From Nitrospirales bacterium (GTDB taxonomy: Bacteria > Nitrospirota > Nitrospiria > Nitrospirales > UBA8639), in assembly GCA_963555755.3 (NCBI GenBank), contig OY820905.2:2048001-2112000 (forward strand): a stretch of 64,000 nt of DNA, given 5' to 3'. How positions within the stretch are numbered: the stretch's first letter is position 1; every line of letters starts with the position of its first letter. Below are positions 50,580 through 60,430 of the stretch, one piece after another. Below the pieces are notes generated by a model, which saw only the letters and a program-made list of their open reading frames with translations, was not told the DNA's origin and did no database searches. The position numbers were made by a program, and so were the translations under genes.

Positions 50580-51307
50580 CGAACAACTTCAGCCTCTTTG
50601 ATGTCACTCGCTATTTCATCCAGGGCATTGAGAAATTCAATGCTAAAGGCCTCGACGCGATAGGAGCTTTTTCGAATTTTCGTTAGAAAGTAGTTATAGG
50701 CAATCACCGCAGGAATAGCCGCGAACAGACCAGCAGCGGTCGCCACAAGTGCTTCCGCCACACCCGGCGCGACCGCGGCAATACTCGACGAGCCTTGCTC
50801 CCCTATCTCACGGAAGGCATTCATGATACCAATGACTGTCCCAAACAGCCCGATAAACGGAGTAATGTTTCCAGTTGTCGCTAAAAAAGGAAGGTAACTT
50901 TCTTGTTGGCTAATTTGTCCATGAATGATGTACTGGACCACCTTCTCAAGATATTGGCGATTAGGGAAACGACCTTCGCGGGATCGCTCCAGAAGGTCAC
51001 GATTCCCAAATACGCCGCTTTGTTGATCGACTTTGTTTGTCACCCCAACGAAAACCGCTCCACTTGGACTCAGGGAGAACGAATGTCCGATTTTTTTCAG
51101 GTTTTCGAATTCCTTAGGATTCCACTGTGACCTCTCAAAGACTTGAAGAAATTGCTCTTCTTCACGATCACTCAATCGAAATATTCTCAATTTATACACA
51201 ATGATTCCCCACGACACTACCGAAAACAGCAGTAGGATAAGCAGCACAACAATCGAGACTGCCCCGAGGGATCCAAGTATTTCCATGGGGCTACTAGAAA
51301 ACATCAA
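50576..51307 (-). CDS. tolQ: TolQ/ExbB protein
   Basis: [30 protein letters not shown]. Confidence 0.93.
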   Translation of the reverse strand: MMFSSSPMEILGSLGAVSIVVLLILLLFSVVSWGIIVYKLRIFRLSDREEEQFLQVFERSQWNPKEFENLKKIGHSFSLSPSGAVFVGVTNKVDQQSGVFGNRDLLERSREGRFPNRQYLEKVVQYIIHGQISQQESYLPFLATTGNITPFIGLFGTVIGIMNAFREIGEQGSSSIAAVAPGVAEALVATAAGLFAAIPAVIAYNYFLTKIRKSSYRVEAFSIEFLNALDEIASDIKEAEVVR

Positions 51308-51396
51308 GGCCTCCGGTTATGCGTGTGTGGGGAAAAATGAAAGGAACAAATACACGTGGAATTGAAGTTTTGGGAAACCCAACCCTGAGAAGTGTA

Positions 51397-51473
51397 TGGC
51401 GGGGCCGACGGGATTTGAACCCGCGACCTCCAGATTGACAATCTGGCGTCCTAACCAGCTGAACGACGGCCCC
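51397..51473 (-). tRNA. tRNA-Asp(GTC)
   Basis: Cloverleaf GGGGCCG...TTGTCAA...GGTTCAAATCC...CGGCCCCGCCA. Confidence 0.97.
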
Positions 51474-51590
51474 ATACACATACTTAGAAAGCCCAATACT
51501 CTGGCGTTTTCCACCCAGCACCTCCTTGAGGTTCCCCAAGGAACTGACTGAGCGGTATGGCCTAGGCTATATGGATTTGTCTACACGTAA

Positions 51591-51666
51591 TGGTAGGCGG
51601 AACAGGGCTTGAACCTGCGACCTCTGCCTTGTAAGGGCAATGCTCTCCCAACTGAGCTATCCGCCC
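51591..51666 (-). tRNA. tRNA-Val(TAC)
   Basis: GGGCGGATAGCTCAG...CTTACAA...GGTTCAAGCC...CCGCCTACCA. Confidence 0.97.
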
Positions 51667-51787
51667 ATGCGATCAATTTCAAAATCGTGTAAGAATTATA
51701 TCAGGCATGGGGCCCATGTCAACCTAACTGAAACCCATGAGGAAACCCAGCATGTCGCTCTTTCGACCTTCATGATTTTACCTAGGT

Positions 51788-51907
51788 GGAATGTTGAAAA
51801 AAGCCGCCAGCGGCGTTCTCGCCCTTTTGCCGTGCTCACGTACTGAGAGTACGCTCCGCGCGTCAAAAGGGCTGCGGCCTTGCTGGACGGACTTTTTTGA
51901 ACATTCC
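51788..51907. mobile_element. MITE family D
   Basis: GGAATGTTGAAAAAAG...CTTTTTGAACATTCC. Confidence 0.85.
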
Positions 51908-51979
51908 CTCCAATCGACGATGCTTGGCTCATCTGGAGCTTTTAGTGGTTATGGGAAAGAGATATTCAACAGACCCCTA

Positions 51980-52362
51980 GAAGCCAGTCCGAGATTAGCG
52001 ATCGTGACGAGGATGTGCTGGTTTGAGCCAGATGTTTCGATCGTTTGAGGCGAATAGTTGAACTATTCAACGAAAACGGGGAATGTTCAAAAAGCATGCC
52101 CTCGCGGAGGCGGGGGGCCGTCCAGCAAGGCCGCAGGGCTTCCCGGCCTTCGTAGCCAAAAGCTACTTCGGCGGAGTAGGCTTGGCGCGCGGAGCGTACA
52201 CGGAGTACGTGAGCATGTCAAAAGCCCGAGAACGCAGCGGGCTTGTCTGGCGTAGCCTTGGCGAAGGCTGGCGGCCTTTTTCAACATTCCCCGAAAAGGA
52301 TCGGAAGATCTGGCCACATCCAGCGCACCCGCAGTAGATCCGTCTAATCTTGGACAGGCTCC
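51980..52362. mobile_element. MITE family C with nested D (52078-52291)
   Basis: Closely similar to 8829-9169; TA flanks. Confidence 0.85.
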
Positions 52363-52384
52363 TAAAGGCCATGATGACAAAGAT

Positions 52385-52413
52385 TTGACAAGGTCAACCC
52401 ATGTGAGTATAAG
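52385..52413 (+). promoter_or_regulatory. Sigma70-like promoter
   Basis: TTGACA-N17-TATAAG upstream of 52476. Confidence 0.55.
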
Positions 52414-52475
52414 GCCAAATACCGCAATACGGCACACAATTCTAGGAACAGCACCACCCTACCACATACCACGTC

Positions 52476-53261
52476 ATGAGTTATAAAATTCGAGACCCCA
52501 ATCGGCCTGTGTCTGCGGAACACCTGGAATTATTGTCTCGGTCCGAACGAATATGGTTATTCGCCGAGGAGCATCGGAGGGCGTTGATCATTGGGGTCCT
52601 GTTGGTCTGTTTGGTGGCTGTGGCTCTCGGTGCGATACTCTGGTTACAACATCAGAATAAGCAGGAAGCACTTGTCTTGGAACACAGGGCCACGGAATTG
52701 TACCTGGATCGATCTTTAGATGACCCAGACCAAGCCAAGGCAAATCTCGAAGAAGCCATCACGCTCTATCAACAAATCCTTGATGAATTTCCCGGCACGT
52801 CCAGTGCTGAACTCGCCTGGTATTTTTTAGGAAATGCCCGCACTGAACAAGAAAATTATACGGGAGCCATTGAGGCCTATGAAAACTATATAGCATCATT
52901 CCAAAACAATCCGACGCTCCTGGGTTTGGTATTCCAGCGACTTGGGTCGGCTTATATTTTCAATGGCCAACGGCAAAAGGGAGTGGACACCTATACACAA
53001 GTCCTCAACCTCCCAGACGCACTCAATAAAGATCAGGTCATGTTCAAACTCGCAAAGCTTGAGGAAGCCGATGACCATATGGAGCAAGCCCTGACCTATT
53101 ACAAGCAACTCCAGGATCAATATCCGGCTTCACCCTATATCAATGAAGCCACGATGCACATTCGAGTGCTCGAGCCGCCCCAAGAACTCTCCGAAGACAC
53201 AACTGGTGAGGACCCCACCAGGGTATCTGAGAAACCATTGACTGAGGAAACGGAAGAATAA
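52476..53261 (+). CDS. Membrane-anchored TPR protein (YfgM-like)
   Basis: N-terminal TM followed by TPR helices. Confidence 0.8.
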   Translation: MSYKIRDPNRPVSAEHLELLSRSERIWLFAEEHRRALIIGVLLVCLVAVALGAILWLQHQNKQEALVLEHRATELYLDRSLDDPDQAKANLEEAITLYQQILDEFPGTSSAELAWYFLGNARTEQENYTGAIEAYENYIASFQNNPTLLGLVFQRLGSAYIFNGQRQKGVDTYTQVLNLPDALNKDQVMFKLAKLEEADDHMEQALTYYKQLQDQYPASPYINEATMHIRVLEPPQELSEDTTGEDPTRVSEKPLTEETEE

Positions 53262-53282
53262 ACGTGGGGATACTCGGTAGGA

Positions 53283-54977
53283 CTAATGCCTGACAATTAA
53301 CATTCGACCTGCATGGATCACACTACTTCGTAGTTTGTTTAAGATCTTCAAATCCCGCACACTCACACTGAATCGTTTCGCTATCGCCCAGAGACTATCT
53401 CCTCGGCGGACCCGATACCACTTGGCAACACCCTGAGCCGCAGGCGCTGCTCCTTCACTCACCCGCAGCCGTTGACCCACTCTGATCAAATTTCTGGACA
53501 AATCATTCAGGCCCTTGAGCTTACCCACGCTCATGTGGAACCGATGGGCAATCACGGACAAGCTATCGCCCCGCCGCACACGATACCAGGTGTTTTGTGG
53601 TGGTGACTGAGTCCACTGCTTCAATTGCTCCCGGACTTTTTCCACTTGATAGCCCATGCCCACTGGAACTTTTAAAAAATATCCGTCCTTGTCCGGAGGG
53701 GTAATGCTCCGGCGTAATTCAGGATTGAGTTGTCGCAAGTTTTCAAAGGCCAATCCCGTCTTCTTGGCTACCGTCCGCAAATGAATCGTGTTTTTCATCA
53801 AGACTTCATCATATTGATGTACTTCGTTTGTGGCGACGCGAAAGCCGAACAAAGTCGGATTTGTCGCAATGATTACCGCAGCCATGAACTTCGGCACATA
53901 TTCCCGCGTCTCTCGACGGATAAATCGTGTGCGCCGAATTTTCCAATAATCGCGCGTGCCGCTCTTTCGAATGGCCCGCGTGATTTTCCCTGTGCCTGCA
54001 TTGTAGGCAGCCAACGCGAGCGGCCACGATCCAAAGCGATCATATAAATCACGCAAGTGTTGGGCCGCCGCCACGGACGATTTAACGGGATCTCGCCGCT
54101 CATCGATGTACCAATTCACTCGAAGCCCATAGATACGTCCAGTGCCTTTCATGAACTGCCACGGCCCTGCGGCCCGCGCCCGGGAATAGGCCCTCGGATT
54201 AAACCCACTTTCGATCACCGACAAATAGACCAATTCTTGCGGCAACTCGAATTCGGCAAAAATTTGCGCCACCACGGGCTTATACTTCTGAAACCGATCT
54301 AACCATTCCTGAAACCGATCAGGGATGACCGTTTGAAAGTATCGAATCTTCCGTTCAACAGAGGGATTCAGGATGAGGGGAATTTCTCCATACAGCGGTT
54401 CAGTTTCGGCTTCGGCTTCGGCTTCCGCTTCGCTGGAAGAAGCCGCGAAGAATTTCCCGTACCGCCATAACGTTGGAGTGGAATCAGTCCTGGTTGCAGA
54501 GAGCGGAGGTTGGGGAAGATCCAGGCGCGTCACATTTGATACATCAGAGGATCTCGCCCACAAAGACTGGGAAACTGTATTGAACGATGATCCCCACAAA
54601 TTCTTAGCTTGTGGTTCTTGGTCCAATCCGGATTCAGTAAAAAGAGGACTCGGGGAAACTAAAGAGGATCCAACTGCAGGTTCGCCACTCGATACAATTG
54701 AGCCATTTCCAACACTAAAAGTGGAGACTTCCTCACCTTGGAAGGAAATCGCCCTATTCGATGATAAAGACGACGGGCTCGATTCCTGGCTCCCAAAATA
54801 CTCGAGCCCAGCACCACCCGAAACCGTTTCATGATTGTGAAATTTGGATGAAGGCTCCAGCGGAGACTCAGACTGCGCCAACACAGTCGACGGCACCAAA
54901 AAGAACCACACAATTAAAAGGGGGGCAATTCGTCTCAACAAGAATTCCGGGAATACATTCATATCTAAGTGCCTCAT
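53283..54977 (-). CDS. Lytic murein transglycosylase with LysM domains (MltD-like)
   Basis: IESGFNP.A.S...AAGPWQFM, AAYNAG, ETREYVPK; two YRVRRGDSL LysM repeats. Confidence 0.93.
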   Translation of the reverse strand: MRHLDMNVFPEFLLRRIAPLLIVWFFLVPSTVLAQSESPLEPSSKFHNHETVSGGAGLEYFGSQESSPSSLSSNRAISFQGEEVSTFSVGNGSIVSSGEPAVGSSLVSPSPLFTESGLDQEPQAKNLWGSSFNTVSQSLWARSSDVSNVTRLDLPQPPLSATRTDSTPTLWRYGKFFAASSSEAEAEAEAETEPLYGEIPLILNPSVERKIRYFQTVIPDRFQEWLDRFQKYKPVVAQIFAEFELPQELVYLSVIESGFNPRAYSRARAAGPWQFMKGTGRIYGLRVNWYIDERRDPVKSSVAAAQHLRDLYDRFGSWPLALAAYNAGTGKITRAIRKSGTRDYWKIRRTRFIRRETREYVPKFMAAVIIATNPTLFGFRVATNEVHQYDEVLMKNTIHLRTVAKKTGLAFENLRQLNPELRRSITPPDKDGYFLKVPVGMGYQVEKVREQLKQWTQSPPQNTWYRVRRGDSLSVIAHRFHMSVGKLKGLNDLSRNLIRVGQRLRVSEGAAPAAQGVAKWYRVRRGDSLWAIAKRFSVSVRDLKILNKLRSSVIHAGRMLIVRH

Positions 54978-55235
54978 TTTATTAGCATTTTCGGATTTTA
55001 TGGATCTTACTTGAGAGACTAATTGCAACAGCCTTCTGTGTCAAGGAACAATCTCTCTGAAGTACCTTATCGGCGGAACGCCACAAAATCATAAACAATT
55101 TCTTGCAACACCCTGTAATGTACACCGGACTCTGAGCCCATCACAAAACAGGACACAACCATCATACCCCGTATGGTCAATTTTACTAGGAGGGTATTCC
55201 CACACTAAACTATAAAATGTTGCCTCTCCTTCATA

Positions 55236-55824
55236 CGCTCCGCGCGGCAAAAGGGCGAGAACGCCGCTGGCGGCTTTTTTCAACATTCCCAGTATGGAAG
55301 CGATGAGCGACGCCGGCGCAGCCCACAAGCGTCCGGCCCTCCGGGGAGGCCCATCTTTGGCCCGGGGCGGCGTGGCTCCTCGGTCACAGAGCCCCGCTCT
55401 GCTCCCTCGTCGCGCCTTGCCCCGATCACAAATCTGGGCCTCCCAATTGTCCCGGTTATTTCGTGACGGACCCTGAGCGCACCTGGCACAATACAAAAAG
55501 GTCTCATCACCACCAGGGATGACTTCCCCCGCCCACCTTTGTCATTTCGACCCTTGGGAGAAATCTCCCCTTCTGCCGAACCACCGATTGCTCTCAAGGA
55601 TCGAAATGACAGCACCGAGGTGACCACGACTTTTTGTATTGCACCATGCACACCAATTTCTTACACGTCTTTTTTGCGCCCAACTGCCGTTTCTAAGTTG
55701 AACGGGCCTCAATCGAAATTCCCTCACCATAGCTGTGCTATGCCTCGGGTTTTTCTCAATCGTTCCGTCCAAATCCAACCCAAATCTTGGCGCGAAATTG
55801 TTCAAGTTATTTTCTCGCAGGTCC
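55236..55824. mobile_element. Composite of MITE pieces: partial D, element F (about 55291-55474), partial E with a GTCATTTCGA-type insert, right half of A
   Basis: 55619-55824 closely matches 28518-28723; ends in GGTCC+TTA. Confidence 0.8.
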
Positions 55825-56340
55825 TTACAGGCCCTGAAACTTTCCATCACTATCCACTATACGCCTCAACCTAAATTCCCCACCGGGCTCTAAGGGGTCG
55901 TTATCATTTCCAATTCTCGTATACCACCACCTTCCGCGAGCCGACATTCCATCTTTGGCAAGCCAAGCTTCAAAACCACCCTCTCGATCATTGCCCAATT
56001 GAACCCATCTTCCTTTCCACTGACCGTTTGATACAGCGGTGGTCTCGAATCCTCCCTCCTGCCAGTCATACGGGCCGTTCCCATGCCGATCCAACAACAA
56101 TTCGTACACCACCTCTCCCTGACGATATTCCCACATTCCGGAGAGATTCACAGGGAAATCCAATGATGATCCCCGAACGTGTTCCTCCGACAAAACTCCC
56201 TCCCCGTGCGGTGTCGGACCACTTAGGCATCCCGCAAGGTTCAGAATGACCAACCCACAAAGGAAACCAAGCAATGTATGTTGGATCGACCATCGAACCC
56301 TTGTACCTCTTCCAACCCATTCCTGTGGTTTTATGTTCAC
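55825..56340 (-). CDS. Putative lipoprotein
   Basis: LAGC lipobox; Trp/Gly-rich beta domain. Confidence 0.7.
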   Translation of the reverse strand: MNIKPQEWVGRGTRVRWSIQHTLLGFLCGLVILNLAGCLSGPTPHGEGVLSEEHVRGSSLDFPVNLSGMWEYRQGEVVYELLLDRHGNGPYDWQEGGFETTAVSNGQWKGRWVQLGNDREGGFEAWLAKDGMSARGRWWYTRIGNDNDPLEPGGEFRLRRIVDSDGKFQGL

Positions 56341-56872
56341 GACTTGCTCCTCATGTTAGATTGCACCATACGTCAAAGGATATCCTGTCATGTTGAGTGT
56401 CAGCAGGATCCTTTTGACCTCTGGGGTGATGCTTCACCATTTTTTCACGTATTTCGCAATATCTTCCCCAATGCGTGTCAGACCATGGAGGGAGGGAGGA
56501 TGAGGAGTGGACTTCGGATCATACAGAATATATGGTTCTATCCTACCGCCATCCAATTCTGACCACATGGAGTTTCTTGGCCATGGCGTTGCTTCCTGTG
56601 AGCGTTCTTTCTTGTGTCGCTGCACGATCTTATCGTGCCCTCTTCCCACGGACCAAGGGGCTATGACGCCAGGAAGAGGCAGCATGAGATGCTGCAGCGA
56701 CCTAAAAATACAAGACGACGCAATTCGCTCAAAAGGAGAGGCGACATAACCCACGAGGAGTGCCATAAATTTATGTGCACCTGATCGTATTGTGCTGCCA
56801 GAACCCTAAATTCTGCATGATCCTGGACTTCTTGCCTCCGACTCATCACTTTTTTCTAACCAGGAGGCTACC

Positions 56873-57256
56873 ATGGCTCGCATTCTGCTGATCGAAGATG
56901 AACAACAGGTTCGAGAATTGTTGCGGGAAATTCTGGAACAGAACGGTCACGAGATCATTGCATGCAAGAACGGAGCTGACGGGATACGGCAATATAAGGA
57001 ATCGAGTTTCGATTTAGTCATCATGGATGTGCTATTACCCGACAAAGGTGGATTTGAAACATTGAATGAACTCACACACCACCATGACCAAGTCAATGTG
57101 CTGGCGATCTCGGGCGGATGTGCCCCGAGCACCGTCGATGTCCTCCATCTCGCGCAACGTCTGGGAGCCAGACAGACGTTGGCCAAACCCTTCGACTTGA
57201 CCGATTTTCTTGCGGTGGTCGATCAACTCCTCGCCATACCTCAAGCATCCGCTTAA
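56873..57256 (+). CDS. Single-domain response regulator
   Basis: ILLIEDE, IMDV, ISG, AKPF; RBS AGGAGG. Confidence 0.92.
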   Translation: MARILLIEDEQQVRELLREILEQNGHEIIACKNGADGIRQYKESSFDLVIMDVLLPDKGGFETLNELTHHHDQVNVLAISGGCAPSTVDVLHLAQRLGARQTLAKPFDLTDFLAVVDQLLAIPQASA

Positions 57257-57370
57257 ACCCTCACATACGATACACGTCAACTCGGCTACGCTCCCTTGGG
57301 ACGTAAAGCGTGATGCGTGATGCGTAGGGGGGGAAATTCCGTGATTCTTCTACGTTTCACGCATGACGCT

Positions 57371-58234
57371 TCACGAACCCTTCGGACTATACGCGGCACA
57401 CCGAAATCCGGTCGAGTGATTGCGATCATGGGGGTCACTGGCCACCCGGGTAAAGATCCGAACCTGGGGCGTTTCCACCTGCCAGCCTGAACTTCGTATG
57501 ACCTTTCGTTTACCCTGGCCAGGTCCCTGGGGATTGCTTCGGGGACTCCATTGATAATAGGTCGCATCATACCAATCAGCCACCCATTCCCACACATTTC
57601 CAGCCATATCATACAGACCATAGGGACTTTTTCCAGGTTCATACATGCCAACTGGGACAAGGGTTTGTTCCCCACGCCAGGTCTGATTAAAATTCAGGTG
57701 CTTATGGGTCGGTTCAACATCGCCCCAAGGAAATCGACGATCATCCGTCCCTTTTCCGGCTTTCTCCCATTCCGCCTCCGTCGGCAATCGCTTCCCCGCC
57801 CATTCACAATAGGCCTTCGCATCAAACCAATCGACGTTGATCACCGGTAACGGGACAATGGACTCCGGCATCAGCCCCTCTTGCCATAAGTCCTTGGTAG
57901 CATCTGAAGAGTGCCTGGGCGCACGGTGACCTGTTTCCCGGATAAATTCCAAATAGCGTCCATGGGTCACTTCATATTTATCGATAAAGTAAGCTGGCAG
58001 ATCCACCTTATGGTTGGGATATTCATCACGTCCCCCATCACGAGCCCATGTCGGTACTCCCATCAAAAACGGACCGGCAGGGATCAACATCATAGGCGCC
58101 CCATCTTTCCCAATTGTTTCCGAAGATAGCAAAGCCGCCGTCGCCGTCTGAAGGGATGGACCCAACCATACCGTTTCCGAGACATTCCCCCACAACAGAA
58201 TCACTACCAGTAGACCGCACATCCTCCACATCAT
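57371..58234 (-). CDS. FGE-sulfatase (SUMF1-like) domain protein
   Basis: RLPTEAEWEKA, YGLYDMAGNVWEW, GFRCA. Confidence 0.92.
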   Translation of the reverse strand: MMWRMCGLLVVILLWGNVSETVWLGPSLQTATAALLSSETIGKDGAPMMLIPAGPFLMGVPTWARDGGRDEYPNHKVDLPAYFIDKYEVTHGRYLEFIRETGHRAPRHSSDATKDLWQEGLMPESIVPLPVINVDWFDAKAYCEWAGKRLPTEAEWEKAGKGTDDRRFPWGDVEPTHKHLNFNQTWRGEQTLVPVGMYEPGKSPYGLYDMAGNVWEWVADWYDATYYQWSPRSNPQGPGQGKRKVIRSSGWQVETPQVRIFTRVASDPHDRNHSTGFRCAAYSPKGS

Positions 58235-58323
58235 GACTTGACCTCTTCTCTTCCTCAATTTAGTAAATCGTAAGGTGCATTCGCGCACACCCTGCGGGCC
58301 AACCTCTCAGCTCTCATTCATAA

Positions 58324-58464
58324 GGGCACCTCTAAAACCCGTCCTTTTCCGTGATGGCGGCGTCAGCCGCGTGCTCACATCCTCATGTATTCGCCCATAC
58401 ACTCCGGTTTTCCGCGCGCGGCTTCCTTGCCCTCACAAAACATGCCTGGTTTGTAGAGGTGCCC
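58324..58464. mobile_element. MITE family G
   Basis: TIR GGGCACCTCTA(A/C)AA; internal CGGCGT...CCTTG core. Confidence 0.75.
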
Positions 58465-58838
58465 ATGAGTATGTTGTACTCTCATAAATTTGGTGGAATC
58501 AACTCATCGAAGCCGAGCAAGCCTACCAAGAAGGGCTCGACGAGAAAAAAGTCCTGATCCGTGAAGTCAGCTGATCATGCTATATTCGCCAGAACATCCC
58601 AGGAATCAGACGATCATTCTGGACCTCACCGAAGAGGCAACCCTTTCCATCAAGAAAATCTCCGGCCTGCGCCATTGCCAAAAGGGGTATGGGATTATCT
58701 GAATCCCTACTCCATGATTCGATATTTTGCCTACAACACGAATCCGTCCATCTCTTCATCAAGCCCGGCTCAACATAGTGGGGGCTTGGCCCAGGCCTCT
58801 CCGATCGCCCTAACTTTCACAGCCGAGACTTGCGCATC

Positions 58839-59199
58839 CTAGGAACCTGTCCCAATAAAGAGATTTCTCCTTCCACTCGAAATGACAGATTTCTCAAATT
58901 GCCAGAGGGGGGACTCCTGATTCCACGTTGAAGCTGGAATTGCCGGCGTGAAACGTAAAGGATGTCGTTCGTATCTCGTGAAGCGGAAGGCGAAAAACGG
59001 GAGACGAACGACTCGAACAGGCTTGCAACCTTGCAACTCCCCTCCTGTTGTCCTTTCGACCACCCCCGTTGTCATTCGGTGTCATTTCGACCACCCCCCT
59101 TGTCATTTCGACCCTTGAGAGAAATCTCCCCATTCCCGTCACGCTTGGCTAGGAGCCTATCCCAATAAAGAGATTTCTCCTTCCACTCGAAATGACAGA
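58839..59199. repeat. REP-like GTCATTTCGA/AGATTTCTC cluster with a ~50-bp direct repeat
   Basis: CTAGGA(A/G)CCT(G/A)TCCCAATAAAGAGATTTCTCCTTCCACTCGAAATGACAGA at 58839 and 59149. Confidence 0.75.
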
Positions 59200-59254
59200 A
59201 GCGACGAGCGACGACTTAAGGTCTTATTGAGAATACCGATACAACTATCTACAA

Positions 59255-59350
59255 GGTGACAAAGGCAAACTATCCGAGAGGATGGGACGCAAAGCCAAGG
59301 GACCTAAATTGGGAACGACGTTTCCCAGGGTACGCCTGGCTGCCACGATG
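59255..59350 (+). ncRNA. c-di-GMP-I (GEMM-I) riboswitch
   Basis: AGGCAAAC-TATCC-GAGA-GGATG-GGACGCAAAGCC...CCTAAA...GGCTGCC matches the class consensus. Confidence 0.9.
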
Positions 59351-59367
59351 ACCATACTGGCATCATT

Positions 59368-59401
59368 GCGCCCATCCCATTCAGGATGGGCGTTTTTTTT
59401 T
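59368..59401 (+). terminator. Riboswitch-associated intrinsic terminator
   Basis: GCGCCCATCC-CATTCA-GGATGGGCGT followed by a T run. Confidence 0.85.
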
Positions 59402-59441
59402 GCGATCGATCATTGCTCCCTGCTGTTAAGGAGATGCCAGC

Positions 59442-59909
59442 ATGCTATCACCACGATTCATTGAACCTGTCCTCATTGCTGATGATGATACCGATGATTG
59501 CCTCATTATCATGGAGGCCTGGGAAGAAACTGGACTCGGCAACGAACTTCGCTTTGTGCAAGACGGCAATGAGTTAATGAATTATTTATATCATCGACAT
59601 CAGTTTTCCATCCACGAGACGTCTCCTCGTCCAGGACTAATCTTACTCGACTTGTCGATGCCGAAAAAAAACGGCCTGGAAGTCCTCGTGGAAATCAAAT
59701 CAGACCCGGCACTGCAAGATATCCCGATTATTGTGCTCAGCACATCACTAACCCCCAAGGAGGCCTCCGAAGCCTATGCCCTTGGAGCCTATGGGTGCGT
59801 GGTCAAGCCCTCAACATTCCCCGACTATCTCAATGTGATGCGGGATGTACGACAAGCATGGTTGGACCTGAAGAAACAGTCGCCTGCCACCTTCGTAGCG
59901 AACCGGTAA
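59442..59909 (+). CDS. Single-domain response regulator (Rcp1-like)
   Basis: IADDD, LLDLSMPKKNG, VLSTS, VKP. Confidence 0.92.
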   Translation: MLSPRFIEPVLIADDDTDDCLIIMEAWEETGLGNELRFVQDGNELMNYLYHRHQFSIHETSPRPGLILLDLSMPKKNGLEVLVEIKSDPALQDIPIIVLSTSLTPKEASEAYALGAYGCVVKPSTFPDYLNVMRDVRQAWLDLKKQSPATFVANR

Positions 59910-59935
59910 CAGGAGAATAGCATAGGGTTTCTTCC

Positions 59936-60430
59936 ATGATGAGACACTCCAAGACCGTCTTGATGGCCGATGATGATCCCGATAATTGCTTACTCACCCA
60001 GGATGCATGGGAAGAATCCGGCAGTCCCCATACCATCCGATTTGTTCGAGACGGCGCAGAGCTCTTGGACTATTTGTATCACCGTGGGAAGTTCTCAGAC
60101 ACCGATGACTATCCACTGCCAGGCATGATTCTGCTCGACCTGAATATGCCGAGAAAAAATGGGCATCAAGCGCTCAAGGAAATTCGGGACCATGACGTCT
60201 TTCGTCATATTCCCGTGGTCGTGAGGACCACGTCCATTGATGAAGACGATACTCGTCGCAGTTATGCCTTGGGAGCCAGTGCCTGCCTGACCAAACCTCG
60301 TTCGGCACAAGAATTTCATTCAACCGTCGGGGCACTGAGCCAATACTGGCCCGGCATGGTCGAACTCCCACTTGGAAATGAGAATCCGGCATGGGATGTA
60401 TCATTTAATGAAGTAAGAGAGACCTTGTGA
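59936..60430 (+). CDS. Single-domain response regulator (Rcp1-like)
   Basis: MADDD, LLDLNMPRKNG, TKP. Confidence 0.92.
   Translation: MMRHSKTVLMADDDPDNCLLTQDAWEESGSPHTIRFVRDGAELLDYLYHRGKFSDTDDYPLPGMILLDLNMPRKNGHQALKEIRDHDVFRHIPVVVRTTSIDEDDTRRSYALGASACLTKPRSAQEFHSTVGALSQYWPGMVELPLGNENPAWDVSFNEVRETL

Noticed and set aside
51397..51666. tRNA-anchored integrative element
   Set aside because: No integrase and no duplicated tRNA 3' end seen; flanked by core genes
56400..56850. Short ORFs between the lipoprotein and the response regulator
   Set aside because: No recognisable motifs or consistent frame
57371..58234. Active formylglycine-generating enzyme
   Set aside because: Catalytic Cys pair after the RGGS-like segment is absent (RSSGWQVETPQVR)
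59255..59350. 3'3'-cGAMP (GEMM-Ib) riboswitch variant
   Set aside because: The discriminating position is G (AGGCAAAC), consistent with c-di-GMP
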